Shown here: piece by piece, positions 40,662-55,787 of the stretch
Position numbering within the stretch: position 1 is the first letter of the stretch
Layout of the letters: each line of letters starts with the position of its first letter
NCBI RefSeq assembly: GCF_009914755.1
Contig: NC_060926.1
Length of the DNA: 64,000 bases
Strand: one strand, 5' to 3'
Source of the DNA: the human T2T-CHM13v2.0 reference genome, Homo sapiens
Program-made: the position numbers and the translations under genes
Notes under the pieces: generated by a model
Seen by the model: only the letters and a program-made list of their open reading frames with translations
What the model was told of the DNA's origin: nothing
Databases searched by the model: none

Positions 40662-41990
40662 AGATCATAGAATCTTAAATTTAAAATGTACACTGAAGAT
40701 CATCTAGTACTGCCTTCTCCTTCTACAGGTATCCCTTTTGCAATACTTCACGCAGGAGATGATATAGTCTTTACTTAAATACCTTCCAGTGGCAGAGAAA
40801 TCATTACTTTATGAAGCATCCCATTCTATGTTATACACGAATTTAATACTGTGTGTATGTTCCTTATACAATAGATAGAAAAATTTGCCTTCCCAGAAAT
40901 TCCTAAAATTTCTGTATTTGGCCTTTTTCCACCATATTTTGGATGACAATTTTACTCTTTCCAGCTTACAACCCTTCAATATTTTAAAGACAGTTCTGGA
41001 ATCCTGGGGCTCTCTTTTCTAGGCATAAAATTCCTCAGAAAAGAATCATATGATTCTCTGACCATTCACCAGTCTAAATTGCTTTGTCTCCATTTCATTA
41101 TACCTGAATTTGACACGGAATTAAGTATAATGCTGTATGTGCAATCTGTACAGTAAGTCCCGTAATCCTTTTATTCTGGACATTGTACATATGTTACAGA
41201 GGTTCAAGCATGAATTTGTATTTTAGAACACCACAGAAAGGCACTCATAAAAAGATTCTTAATATTGGGTTCGTAGAATTGATGGTATACATAGATGTGA
41301 CATCCAGGGAATCTGTGATTCCCCATGTATGTAATGTGAATATGAATATGTGTATGTTGTGGGACAGAAAACGCATAACTTCCATTATTTTAGGAGTTAA
41401 TGATTCCACTATAGTTCAGAACCACTGTCTCTTTAATATGCATTACTGTGTAACCAGTTCTCCCCATCTTGATTATGTGCACTGACTAAATGAACTAAAG
41501 TATAAGAATCTGAATTTTACTCATATTTATCATAGTACTAACTCCAGATACATGAAACTTGATTTTTCATCTAAAAAGTTATTAATTCTTCCTGGCTTTA
41601 TCTAACCTATAACATTTTTTGAAGCCAATTGTTCTGAATAACCTATAACATTTTTAAAGCATAACTTCTATCTTCATTCATGAAATCAATAAAACATTTG
41701 ACTTAACAGAGCTAAGAATAAATTTTCTAAAACACTATTAGAGTCACCCAAGTTATATTGGTATATTAATCAAAGCTATTTGGTAGTATTATTAGTACCA
41801 AGACAGAATTGAAAAACCATAATTGCTGTATGATTTTTTGTGCTTCCATCAATTGTAAAAACTTTGCAAATGCCTTAATAAACTAAAACATACCACGTCT
41901 GTAGAATTTTTCTGATATATCCATCTAATAAACCAATAGATTTGATTTGTTTTAAATAAGCACATCTGCGTCTTTTTGTGCAACCCTTCC
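40662..41990 (-). mobile_element. Ancient CR1/L3 LINE relic
   Basis: ATCATAGAATCTTA...GAAGATCATCTAGT resembles the L3/MIR3 tail. GCAAATGCCTTAATAAACTAAAACATACCACGTCT resembles the reverse of the CR1 RT motif DVVYLDFSKAFD. Confidence 0.65.
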
Positions 41991-42706
41991 TTACCTAAGT
42001 ATTCAAAATAATGTTTGTTAACTAGTGACTCATATATAATTTGTCCTCCTATTCTGCATTTTTAAAATAAATACATAAATGTCATTCACACACCTTAAAG
42101 CTTTATGGCTCCCTTTCTGCCTTCTATAATATTCAAGAATTCTGGAAAGGGTAGCTCATTTGAATTCATTTAAAGGATTAAGTGACTCCTTATAGTTCTT
42201 TACTTGTCTGATGTTTCAATGCCATACTATACAAGCCTCCTTTAACCTTTCCAGTGTGAATGTGATCCTCCCTAAGAGAGAAGGCAGAAATACAAAGGGA
42301 GGTTTTTTTATGTTCATTGTATCACGTCTTAATGTTCCTCAAGCAATGGAACCATTCTTTCTTATGCTGAAAACTTCAATTTTTGAAGACATTTCCATTG
42401 CTCGTTGCACTTTACATAGCCTCCATTCATTCAGCACATTAGGTTATGTAATAATGTTATTTTTCAAGATAATGCCAATCTTTATCATTTGTCCTTCATT
42501 TTATATGATGCTTTCTTGTGAACATCCTGGATATATCCATAAGTCATGCAAAATGTCTAAGTCAGTCTAGTAAGTCTTGATGATATTGCTGCCATCAAAT
42601 CTATTGCCTGTGTAAACAATGAAAGGCCATTTTGCTCATTATCTGTTTTCTAAGTACTATTATAAAGATACCTGCACCCATTAATATTGTCCCTGACCTA
42701 CATGAT

Positions 42707-42745
42707 TTATATATATATATATATACACACACACATATATATAAT
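42707..42745. repeat. (TA)n(CA)n microsatellite
   Basis: Read directly from the sequence. Confidence 0.9.
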
Positions 42746-42764
42746 ACATATCACATATTCACTG

Positions 42765-43217
<453 letters not shown>

Positions 43218-43323
43218 TGAGTTTTAAATCCTGAATAGGGTCACTAGAGAAATATTTTTTTTTCCAAAAGATATTAAGCAGCTCTCTAATGGTTATTCTT
43301 TTAAATCCATACATAGTACAGTA

Positions 43324-43508
43324 CAGTAACTCCTCAATGTCATCATTTGTTTTTAAGCAAAACAACTTACTGTATAACAAAAATAATTTTACCATAGGCT
43401 AATTGATATAAACAAGAGTTAACTTCCTATGGTATACAGTATGTTGTTGTGCTTAAAGTTGCAGCAGTTTCTAAGAATCTTTTGATGATGTTAAGTGAGG
43501 GCTGACTG
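43324..43508. mobile_element. Tigger-family MITE (MER6-like)
   Basis: TA-CAGTAACTCCTCA and TGAGGGCTGACTG-TA inverted termini. Internal AATTTTACCATAGGCTAATTGATATAAACAAGAGTTAA. Confidence 0.78.
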
Positions 43509-46500
43509 TAGCCATAATATATATCCTATTAGTTTCTAGAGGGAGGTGTCAATTTGCTCTCTCCCTCTCTGTGATTATATCTAAGAAACTGTATCAATTG
43601 CCATTTCCTTTTCGGGGGAAAAGGTACAATGTGGTCTTTATTTTTTTAAAGTCTCTTTGATCAAATACAAAATTTTCCAGTTAAATATACTTGTCTTGGC
43701 GCTCAAGGGATTTATGCTATTTCCTCATAGAGCTTTGATAAGCTATAAAATATTTAGGCTCTGTCTGCATGGCTAGTCATTCACTTCCAAATTCTTCTTT
43801 CTTTTCAAAATAAATAAGAAGAAATTGAGCTACTTTTTGTGTCTCCCTAGACTATCTTTGAATGTCCTACTCAGGTTTTAAAGTCCCAGTCCTGGAGATA
43901 TAGCTCTGTTATTTTAATAGTACTATTTGTTTCACTATGACCTACAGTTAACTTTGCTTCATTTCACTGGTCTTTTTTTATACCCAGAAAGACAGTGTGC
44001 CCATGAATATTCCTATCAGATCATGTAGCTGCTGCCCTTTTCTTTAGCAATGGTTAAATGACTACCAAAGCTCAACCCTGGGGAAAAAGTCTTTATAATA
44101 GGTTGTCTAAATCCTTTTATTTCTCCATAATACAGGTGTTCTTCTTCATCAGGACTTTATCCAATGGAATAAATGAGGAAGCTTATAGCTGTTGCAATTT
44201 CCACTCATGGGTATTTTTCTCTTCTTTTCTACACTAGTTTGTTCCAATTGTTAAATATAACATTTCATCAGTGCTATCATTGTGAAGTTCAGCAGTTTCT
44301 CCCTATGCATGGGGCATCATTAAACTCTTACTATGTAACGAGCTCTGTGCTAAACTTAAGTTCTTTATGCATGTTAACTGTCACGTGAGTTTCATGTTAA
44401 CACTCACATCTCTACCAGGTAAATACTTGTATTATCACCACTCAAAAATGAGCATGAGTTTTAGAAAGACTGACTGGAGCAAAACCAAAGATGTAATAAA
44501 TAATTAATGGAGGTAGGGTCCACATTTTTTTTATTGTTATTGATCTCATTACTTAGATTGTTTTGATTTTCTGGGCTTCTTTTTGGAATATCACTTTCAT
44601 TTCACCTAAGAACTCCATTCTATTTAATAAACTAAAACATAGAATTACTTTCACCTCAAGAAGGGAGATTGGCTTACATTTATAGAACATATAATTGGTG
44701 AGTGCCTTAGGGAGAAAGACAAACATAGCACATGGCCTGCAGGTTGCTGGAATGGTTTCTCAGTGCCAGACTGCTTGAGCATCAGAATGAAGCAGTCCTT
44801 TGTGGATATTCCTCCTCTAAACAAGTGAAGGAAAACTATCTCTTAGCTCTGGGCTCCCAGTTGTGACACTATGGAGTGGAAGAGGAGGAGAAAGGCTCTT
44901 CTTGGATTCTGACTTCAACCCAACTTTTCCATCCCCCTCTGCTTTCCCCGTTAGTTAGTCTGACTGCATCCAAAGTAACTATGATTCACGTGACTTGTTT
45001 AGGCTCTTTTCTATGGCTCTGTCATACTTTGTGCTAATTTGGGTGACTATGCTTCTCAATGCACTTAAATATTAATAAAAATAGAAAATAAGTTAGAAGA
45101 TGTTCTAAAAATTTGTATTTTAAATTTTATTCCATTCACTTTAGAGAATTGAGAATATTATTTGACAGGTTTGACTAAGAGTGGCCAGGGGAATAAAATT
45201 TCCACCTAGTTTTTTGCATTTTTTTAATCTCCCATTATATTTAAAATACAGATTTCCCTTTAAATAAACAAGGATAAATTTTCAAGTGCTTTAGAATTAT
45301 TAATAACCACAACTCTCCCAGGAGTGATTTCTTTGGAGTTCCTAAAATCACAACTCTTCAAGGACATAAAGTGGAGCTAATTTACCCGCTTATCTGACCC
45401 AAAGTAGAGATTTTTAGATTCGTTCAATCCCAAAAGGGAAAAGTACACCCTAGGTAGTATTTTTCTGTGAAACAACTCTTATTTAGAGTGGTGAATTAGT
45501 AAGTTGGCAGAATAAGGCGATCCATATTTTTCCTGCCTGTGTTATATGTGTTTTGGGGATAGAAAAATTTAGAACTTCCAATGTAGCAATTTCTGTTGAC
45601 AAGAAATTTAGTTACTATGTTGCAATGGGGATTGTTTTGCTGATAAAATTCTTGATTCTAGTAGTCCACCCCTATTAAGTTTATAAATTGTTTATCAGCC
45701 TTTTTCGCACTCACCAGTAGGAAAAGCAAAAAACAAAACAAAAAATAAGGCACTATTTCTAACGGCAGCAACATCAGTAGCTTTGAGAATATTATTTCTG
45801 TGGGTTGCATTTTCAGTCTTTATTATAATTCTCCCTTGCCTACAATCTAATTTCTTTTAGACCCATATAGTGCCAATTTCTTTAAAGCATATTGTAGTAA
45901 TATTAAAAATCTCAATCTAAATATCAAATTAGCCCTCAAATCATAAGAAATAAATCCATGTGGGCTCACAGAATTCTCCCTTCAGGCACTGAGATTTTAG
46001 TTATTTGTTTCTTTGTTTCTTAAAAAGAACAAATTGTTTTAATGTTGCATTTTATAAAGGACTTCAAATGTGTAGGTGTCCCCCAAAGTACTTGACTTTT
46101 GTGGCATTTTTTTTAAAAAATCATAACTTGGAGAATCTCAGTATTTGAGTGATGATAATCAAAATTATTTTGGGCTGAAATTCTGTATTTTGTATCACAG
46201 TCCATAGGAGAATTTCACAGCCAAGTAATAAACCTGGAAAATATGGGTTTATAATGGAAATGTCGACAGACTCTAGCAGGCGCTGCTGTAATATCTTGAA
46301 TCTGATTTAAAAGAAGTTTTCAATAATGTTTCTCCAAGCCAGTCTTTTGGGAAATGCAAGTTAAAAAAAAAAAAGAAAAAGAAAAAGAAAGGTTTTCTAC
46401 TACCTCTATCTCAATGATTGATGAAAATGTGAGTATTTTGTGGCCAGATACCTCAGGGCACCTGTGAATAAGATCATGGTAACAGGAGAATATGCATGGA

Positions 46501-46974
46501 GAGACTGCTGTCCTGTCCTGTAAAAAGCCACCCAGTTAAAGTCTCACTGCACAGATACATTTTGATATAATGATAATCCATAGATTCACATGGATTATAC
46601 TTGTATGTTCTCAGATGAGGGTAGTAATGGAATAAATTATCACCCCACCTAGTCGTGTTTTAATAGAAACTTTTCATAGGAGGACAATTACAAGAGCAGC
46701 TGTGACTAAGATGGTGATTCTGGAATTACTGTAATTTATTATATTGACATACATAGTCTGTGCTCTCCCATATTCTCTGCAAAATTATGGTATAAAATTT
46801 CTGCCTTTGGTATATTTTTATACTTCAAATGTTATTGATTATGACAGGAAATAAGAGCTTTTTTCCAATCATTTAATTAAGGCAAAAAATCAATTAGGCA
46901 TGGGTACCATCAATCTGAGTTTGCTGCCTTGCCCCACTCGTAGAGTTATACAATAGAGTGTCCCTGAGAGACGT

Positions 46975-47225
46975 AGCCTGTGGAAACGCTTGGGTCGAGC
47001 TGAAGAGACTTTGGGCAGAATCATGCCTCCATGCTTACCAGCTATGCAACCTTGAACACACTTAGGACCTCTTTAAGTCCCAGTTTTTTCAGGTAAAATG
47101 AGAAGGAAGTAAACAATAATAACAAGAGTGAGAAAATAATAATGATAGCAAAACGTTATTGAATGCTGATATACATCAGATACTGTGTTAGGTACTTTGC
47201 ATACATCAACTCATTTAAACATATA
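46975..47225. mobile_element. MIR relics, apparently opposite orientations
   Basis: CTTACCAGCTATGCAACCTTGAACA...CCCAGTTTTTTC...TAAAATGAG on +, then TTATTGAATGCT...TACTGTGTTAGGTACTTTGCATACATCAACTCATTTAA on -. Confidence 0.6.
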
Positions 47226-49449
47226 ATAGTATCAATCTCATAACTTTGTTGTAAGAATTAAGAGAAGTACTCTATGTACCTCGTTTGCATGACTTCAGTG
47301 AAAATGTTGGCTAGTTTTATTACTACAAGATTGAACTTGTTTCAAACACAACACTTAGATTAAAAAGACACAAGGGTCATTACTTTCCCTTATGGTTTAC
47401 TGCCGTGGATTGTCATTATAGATCTATATGAAATCAAACTATAAGACAACCTGTTCCACAGAAGCCCCAATCACAATCGGTCAAGGGCTTGAACATCAGG
47501 GGCTAGAAGGAATTCATGAAATTTTCTCAACTCCTACACAAAGGACCTTTGGCTGTACACTCTTGATTTAGAGACTTCCCATATTCTAGACTGGCCCTAC
47601 ATTCTTCCAGTCTATAGTAGAAACTGAGTCATTTCAGGCTGCTGTTGTGACTTGATATGCCAAAGCTTTAAAGAAATAGCCATCCAAAATATTTAAAGCA
47701 AAATTTAAATGGCTAGACGCTTAACATTTTTTTTAAAGTACAAAAAGATAAAGTAGAAAAGAACACATCATAAGTATATACAGGTCAATAACCCTTCACA
47801 AATTGAGTGCACCCATGTAAGTGTCACCCAGATTATGAATAGTAATGACATCATGGAAGCCACCCCATCCATATTGGCTAGATTTTTATGGAAATCTTAA
47901 ACTTACATAGAAATTAGCACAAGACTATTATTTTATTTAGCACTCAAAGCATTCTTGATGAAAGCTTTGTAAATTCTACTTCATTTTAGTAGAATAACTT
48001 CAATAAATCTTAATATGTACCACAAAGGATATAAAAATAGATGGGATAAATCATTCATTTTATTTTTAAAAATAAAATAACTGATTTTAGGGCTCAACTC
48101 AGTCTGGCATTTAATCTACAAGGGACTTGATAATAAAATCCATGGCTTAAAGCTTGTGTACTACAATTTCTAGGAGTATGGCCCCATTAGTAAACTGCAT
48201 TCATGCTAATGTGCTTGCTTGGGGCGATAATCATTAGCGTTCCTAGTTCCAGTTCTTGCCAGGGAAAGTACACCAGGAGTGGGTGATGTAGTATTGTAAT
48301 TATACAATTAGCCTTGTCAAGGCAGGGAGCATTGGGAATAGTAGGATCTTGAAACCTGAAATGTGGCTAGCTGATAGATGACTGTCATTAAGCTAATCTT
48401 TTGTTCACTTTGTGATTGAGGTGGAGACTGAGCTTAGGAAAAGGCTTCTTCATGAAGGATAAAATCCTTGACCGAGAGCCACTCTTCTTCATGTGCTCAT
48501 CACCACTCAGCTCACCCTCCCTTTCCATAACTACACATATATTTTGTTCATATTTTACCTTAGCCAAATAAAACATCATGAACCGTTGCCAAAAAGCTCT
48601 TTTTAATCAATCAAATTTAGATAATAGAAAGTGAAATTACGTAGAAATAGTGTTTAGCCTAATACTTTTAATCATCACAATAATAGCTATCAACATTCTA
48701 CATCCCTTTTCACACATACATATTTCACTGGGTATTGTAGAATTGTGGCTACATAGAATGACTCTATATTCAAAATATAAATTATTCTTACTAGTATATT
48801 GATGTTTAAGGTGTGTAAAAATAATACATATGCATACATATATATTTATGTGTATATGCATGTGTACACATATACACACATATAGTATATATTTTGTTTT
48901 ATCACATGATACTAATAAGAATTACCCTAAATTTTTAAACTTTCTTATAGAAGAATAGATTGGCATAAAGCCTTAACTGCTTGCTCTCATTCACTTTCAG
49001 CCTGTATTCATTATTAACCTAAGTTTCCTCCCTTGTGGCTCAATGCCCTTTGGGGTTTATTAGGCTTTCTTCTGTAACCAGAGTGATCTGCTAAGCCACT
49101 TTCTTATGGTTAAATGAGGGTGTACAAGTAGGAATTTAGATGTTCCCACTAGGTAAGTATTAGAGGATATAATACTACCTGTTTGGTGTTGCACCCCTTC
49201 TAGGCTACATAACTACACAGACCCTTTTCTTCATAGCCACCATTATACTATATTTTTTGTACAAATCCATAGAGGATACCCTTTCAAGGAAGACTGACAA
49301 ATTGCTAATGCTAGAATCAAGCTTAGTGTCCAGAATATTGTATGCCCATTTTAGCGTGCAAAACACAAACGTTCAGAAGATGTTTTAAAAATAAGTCATT
49401 ATTACAAATACTGATCGTGACAAGGCTTGAGTGCATTTAGAAACAAATA

Positions 49450-49770
49450 AGTAGGAGGTGGATGCGGTTGTAAAGGGATGGGATGAGGCCATGAAATAGC
49501 TCTATATCTTGATTGTGGTGGCTATATGAATCTACACACGTGATAAAACTTCATAGAACTACACACGCACATACACACACAAATTTGTGTAAAACCAGTG
49601 AATCTGAAAAAGTTATGCAGATTTTATTAATGTCAGTTTCCTGACTGTAATACTGCACTTATAGTTATACAAGATGTTATTATTGGGGAAAATGGATGAA
49701 GGACAAATGAAATCTCTCTTTAAATTTTTGGAAACTTCCTGTGAATCTACAATTATTTCAAAATAAAAAG
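49450..49770 (+). mobile_element. L1MC/MD/ME-type 3'UTR fragment
   Basis: TATATCTTGATTGTGGTGG...AACTTCCTGTGAATCTACAATTATTTCAAAATAAAAAG. Confidence 0.75.
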
Positions 49771-52522
49771 CTGTATTTTTAAAGAGCTATCTGGAGAAAA
49801 AAAATTGGTTGTGATCAATTGTGGAAGTAAGTTAATCTGTGTTTCATCTTCAGTCCCACTGTAGTTTTTCTGTTTCCAAGCAAATCACTTGACATTCTCA
49901 TTCTTTGTTTCTCCTATTTCCAGAAAAAGGCAAATCTTATCTCCAGATTACTATAAACATCTTGAAATCTGTGGGAAAAATAAAATCGCATGCACACACC
50001 TGAAAGATCATAAATATATATCACAACTTCCTGAGAGCACTATTGTTAACACCCGTCTACCTCTACAGTTTTAGAAACAAAAGCCATAGGGGAGCAATAA
50101 ACTAGATATGCCAGTCCTCCTACTTTGATTTTGCATTTGAGAAAATCACTGTGCTCCTAAAATCTGCTACAATACCAAGCCTCAAAAAGTTATGACTAAC
50201 AGATGAAATTGTGTGAGCACTTTACACACATGAAATAAAATTTAATCCATTTGGATTGGGGTAGCTTTCACTTTTCTGTTAAAAAAAAAAAGTACCGTAA
50301 AAGTACTAGCTGAAGCATAAATTCACAGTAAAGAAATTAAGTTCTTTACTTTCTGGATGTGAATGGCAGCTGAATAAAAACCCTTTGCCATTTATAGAAA
50401 GGAGTAACTTACAAGCTGAATTAGAGTTGCTCAGCATGCCAAACAAAGCCACAGGCAAAGCAAAGCAAAAGGGAAGCTTGCTATTTTATAGGTTAGACAA
50501 GAAAAAGCCTAAATGACTCCTCTAAGTGAGAGACCTTCATATTTCATGCAAACTCCAGGAAATAATTAAGGCTTCAGTGGGATTCTGGGACCTGTGCTCT
50601 ATAAACCGCCTCAATAAACTTCATTTTCATCTGGTAGTATAGAGATTCTCTCTTACCCCTTACTACCCTTTAAATATTGTCCTCCTTTGAGGCAATGAAA
50701 ATTTGGCGCATAAATAAAAAGCATAAAATTGTTTCAGGGAGAGGGTGAACATGATTCAAATTCAACCAGGTGCTTTATCACCGATTTGGGAGGTTGCAAT
50801 GTTATTAGACAAACTGATAGAAAGATCGAGAGGGAAAACTATTGGTGGAAAGGGAAGATTAAAAAAAAAAAAACCTTGGGAGATAAACTAAAAACACAAA
50901 AAGTATTTCAAAGCAAAAGTAAGCTAGCCAATTCAAATAAAATTCTATAGAGAAAAAATTCATAAGCTCATTTAAAAAATTATCACAAGAGGTATACGAC
51001 CTCATATTTTAGACCAACTCTCCATCACACTGTAGTAGTTATAGAACCTAAATTACAAACAAAGCGTCCACAAGTGTTGCAGTCAGGGCTTGGGGATGGT
51101 GCTGGATGCCAGTTAATCTGAACTGGGATATCAGGGTGGCAGAGCAGTTATGGATCCAGGTCTTGGCTCTGACACCAAGAACCGTGACCTTACCTGGACT
51201 CTGTCACCTGCTTATGTTTCCGTTTCCCCATCTCCAACACAGCACATTAGATGATCTTAAAGCTGGTTTCTGTGAGGATCTAGAGAATCCTTAGGGTTCC
51301 ATGAAGCCCTGTCTACACCCTTCTGCTGCTGCAGTTAGGTTCGGTTATATTTGTTTCGATTTTAAACTAAGATTTCACATGAAACAAATTCATGCCTCAA
51401 GAAAATTTAAAATCACTGAACTAGACCTTCTGGGGCTCCTTCCTGCACCAACATTTCAATAGACTCTGCTAATCATTTTTAAAGATTCACCAGTTCCACA
51501 AAAGAAAATTTTCTTTTGGGTTCTTTTGGGCTGGGTTCTCTCTGCGTCATTTTTTAATTGTTTTTCTTTCCTTGTGTAGAAACAGCAGCAAAATGTATTA
51601 TTAAAATATCAATTGACGTTTTGTGCTTGCTACTTCTGAATAAATAGGAAAGTTTTCGTGTTTCTAATCTGGGCTCCCTATGTGGAAAGGGTTTTTGTAC
51701 TGCAAGATGTAAAATTGCAATTTTGAAGCACCAGCACCCAGAAAATAAGTCTCACTTAGGTTTTGTTGTCTGAGAAATTGACTTATTTCTAGCAATGGAG
51801 GTGGGAACATAGAAAAGGCAGAACTCAACCACCTAGAAAACAAAAGGCTAGTTTCTTTAAGACTGAAAGGGAAAGGTAGAATCACTGGTGGCAGTTCTAG
51901 AGGGGGCTGGTAGTGGGATTGGGTAGGGAGACCTATGTTCCTACGGTCACACTGCACCCACAAAAGTGCTCGGCTTCTCAAGGGATGGTGAATGCATGGA
52001 TATCCAGGCCCTGGAGGACTGAGTAGCATGAGTCAAGGGTATATAGGACTATGCCCTAGCCACGTTGATCGGGTACAAGAGTTATGTGGCAAAGAGCCTC
52101 ATCACCCTAGTCACCCCAGTCTAGTTCAGCTGATAGAAAGTCTATACCTCTGACACGTAAGTGAGCCCAGGCAAAATCCCAGAGTCACCCAGCAGACCAC
52201 CAGCAGATTTCAGATTCCTGAGCAATAAACACTTATGTGTCAAATAAAATAGAGAGGAAGACAATTATTTGGAAGCTAGATAATTGTGCATGCCTGACTG
52301 AGAGACTGGAGGGTTCTGCTGTGATGGGAGTGAACCAGCAGTACCTTTATGAGCCAACGACAAAATTCACAAAAATGGAATCCCTGCTCCTGTTTGCTCA
52401 GCACTTTGTGTGCCTCTTCAGGTTCTTCAGTATCTCTAGAAAGAACCCTGTCGGGACTTCCTTATACATGATAAAGTGGAACTTCAAGCCAATTCTAATA
52501 GGTGCTCACCAAGCCAGAATAA

Positions 52523-52874
52523 TTTTTCCCCAGCTTTATTGGGGTATGATTGACAAATAAAAATTGTATGCATTTAAAATGTACAACCAGATGTTTTGAT
52601 ACATGTATACATTGTGAAATGCTGACCACCATTAAGCTAATAAACGTATCCTTCACCTCACCCTAGTCCCCATTTTTGTGTATGTGTATAGTAAGAACAT
52701 TGAGATTTACTCTCTTAGCAATTTTCAAATATACAACACATCATTGTTAGCAATAGTCACCCTTCTGTACCTTAAGTCTGTACATTTATTCATCATATAA
52801 CTGCAAGTTTGATCACAGCTCTTTTCTTCTAACCCAAAGCCCCTGATAGCCACCACTCTACTCTCTGATACTAT
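52523..52874 (-). mobile_element. L1MA8/9-type 3'UTR fragment
   Basis: CAGCTTTATTGGGGTATGATTGACAAATAAAAATTGTAT...CTCTTAGCAATTTTCAAATATACAA. Flanking direct repeat AGAATAATT. Confidence 0.85.
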
Positions 52875-52994
52875 AGAATAATTCTAATTTAGAAAAAAAA
52901 ATGTACTCTTCCTTAAATCTGATATATCTGACCATACTTATTTCTGATTAACATGAGGAAAGAGGAAATGACGAGGAAAATTTGTCTGGAGAAG

Positions 52995-53226
52995 ACTTGT
53001 CTTTCAGCTTCTGGCTTTCCTGGGTCTCCAGCTTGCCAGTTGCTTATTTTGGGACTCATCAGCCTCCATAATCTCATGAGCTCATTCCTTAGAATATATA
53101 TATATATATATATAAATATATAGATATCTATCTCTATATATGAATATATCTATATATGAATATACTTAGGAATATATAGGTATATATATTCTAAGCTTAT
53201 TTCTTAGAATAAGTATATATATAGGA

Positions 53227-53263
<37 letters not shown>

Positions 53264-53290
53264 TGCATTTCATTGGTTCTGTTTCTCTTT
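52995..53290 (+). mobile_element. MLT2-type (ERVL) LTR 3' fragment with expanded (TA)n
   Basis: CCTGGGTCTCCAGCTTGCCAG...CAGCCTCCATAATCTCATGAGC...(TA)n...ATTGGTTCTGTTTCTCT. Confidence 0.75.
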
Positions 53291-53465
53291 ACAAAGCAAT
53301 ACACTTAATATGATTTCTAAATTAATCAATTAATTGTTCCTGGTTAGATCATGGCTGTAGATAATTTTCCTTTGGGATTCAATTCTCAAATCTCTAATTA
53401 TGACATGTCCTAAGAAATACACCGAGACACCGCAAGAATTCCATTATTAGGTTCCCCCCGACCAC

Positions 53466-53580
53466 CTTTTTTGTTGGGGGACAGGGTCTCGCTCTGTCGC
53501 CCAGGCTGGAGTGCAGTGGTGCAATCACACAGCTCACTGCAATCTGCGCCTCACCGGCTCCAGTGATCCTCCCACTTCAG
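53466..53580 (-). mobile_element. FLAM/AluJ monomer fragment
   Basis: GACAGGGTCTCGCTCTGTCGCCCAGGCTGGAGTGCAGTGG...GTGATCCTCCCACTTCAG. Confidence 0.85.
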
Positions 53581-55409
53581 GCTGGCTTTTTAATTAAAAA
53601 AAATTAAACACTGTATCTCCATGAAATAATCAATGACTTGTCCATATTTCTGAGTTTAGTTCTTCTTCCTTAGACTAGTATGCAGTGTGACCCTGGTAGA
53701 GTCACTGAAGCTATTTACTGTGAATAAAATCTTACCATCAAATTAGATTCATGCCGCTGACATACACAAAAGGTCTGATGACAATTAATCACACTATATA
53801 GTGTATTCAAATTTAAATGATCACAGTAAAAATGATAAATAATAAGCTATCATCTTTTTTCTTCCAAAATGTGGTTATATAATTACAATAAATTTATTTT
53901 GATTTTAAGGGTGTATTGTCATTAAAGGGAGTTTAGCTATGCCACTAATACTGTGACTTGTAATTTTAATATTTATCTTTTATCGTGCCTTTATAAAATA
54001 TAAAAATTTTTCTGTGTCCAAATATACCCAAGGAATCCATTCAAACAACTGGTATTCACAAACTTCCAAACAGTATTAAATGTCTCTATTACATGACTGA
54101 ATATATTAATAAGTGCCAATTTTATGTTTTCTATGATGTTAGTAGGGTTATTTCTCTTCTCTAGACTATTATTTTTTAAATTTCTATAATTTGCATATAC
54201 ATGCATATGACTGAGGCCATATCTACACATAGCATCTGGTCTTGACCAGAATTAAACTAGAAATGTCAGCACCCAGTTCAAGCATTTAAATGACATCAGA
54301 CATTCATATTTGAATTTAATTTTAATTCATGCAGAAGGAAATGGCTGGATTGAATAAGAAATTAAGTTTCTTGTCACCCATAGTTACTACTGGAGAAAAA
54401 TGGAAAAGAGGAAAGAAGGTAAATGAAGGCTCTGCTCGTGTAACATATTCAAGCCTTAAGGAAGCTTTCACATCTGTCACAGAAGAGGAATCCATTTCTT
54501 AACACAAGAATCTGCTCTCTTTCCAATCATTGTGAACCACGTTTTTAATGTGAAAGAGGTTCTTCTCTCCCATTTGCCCCTTCCACTAACTCCCACTCTG
54601 CCACCAATAGTAAAGAAAAGTAAAGCGCACAGATACCTGTCCCTGGGCCACAAAAATAATCAGGTTTTATTAGCTCCAATTAGAAATATGACATGGATAT
54701 TCAAGGTAATTTGGTGATAACGTAGAGTTGGAAATGAAAAAAAAAAATTGAGAAAGTCTATTAAACTGGTCCCAAATTACACTAAACTTTGAAACAGTAC
54801 TAATTTTCTCTGAAAATATAAATGGTAGAATCAGTCTGTTTGCAAAAATACACTGAAAAATTCTTTATTTATAGGTAGAATCTAAATTATTTTGGCTAGA
54901 CACACTAATTCTTAAAAATATTGAATAAATTTTTTAAAATTTTTTTTGGAAGAAGTTTAAGTTGAGTATACAACTTAATCAGGTAATCTGTGAATCATCT
55001 TGAAGGGTACGATGGACCACTGACATATTTTTAGAATCACCCTTTCAACTAGTTTCAATGGCAAAACACCAAAAAAAAATAAAGAAAGCCCATGGAACCT
55101 TACATCTGAGTTTAACCTCAAATCAATTAGGGCACCGGAAAAAAAAATCTGACAAGGTAAATAGGCCAGCAAAGCTCTGAGGAAGGTTTTAGGATTTTGA
55201 AAGGTAATAGTGGCCTATACTCAGTATTCAGGCTTTACAAATACAGCACCAGTGATATATGTATCATAAAAAAGCTACAAAAGATAGTTTCCTTAGAGCA
55301 AAGTCAGAAACTAAAATTTTTGCAGGAATAGTAAGTCAAACAAATATTAACCTTTTCTAGCTTGAGATTGAAAAGTTAGAATTTTTTCTTTGCTCCTCTT
55401 CAGTAATAG

Positions 55410-55787
<378 letters not shown>

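Noticed and set aside
51740-52240. Possible old MLT1 LTR, plus hAT-like relics near 51260 and 63710
   Set aside because: Too diverged to delimit or name confidently by eye.
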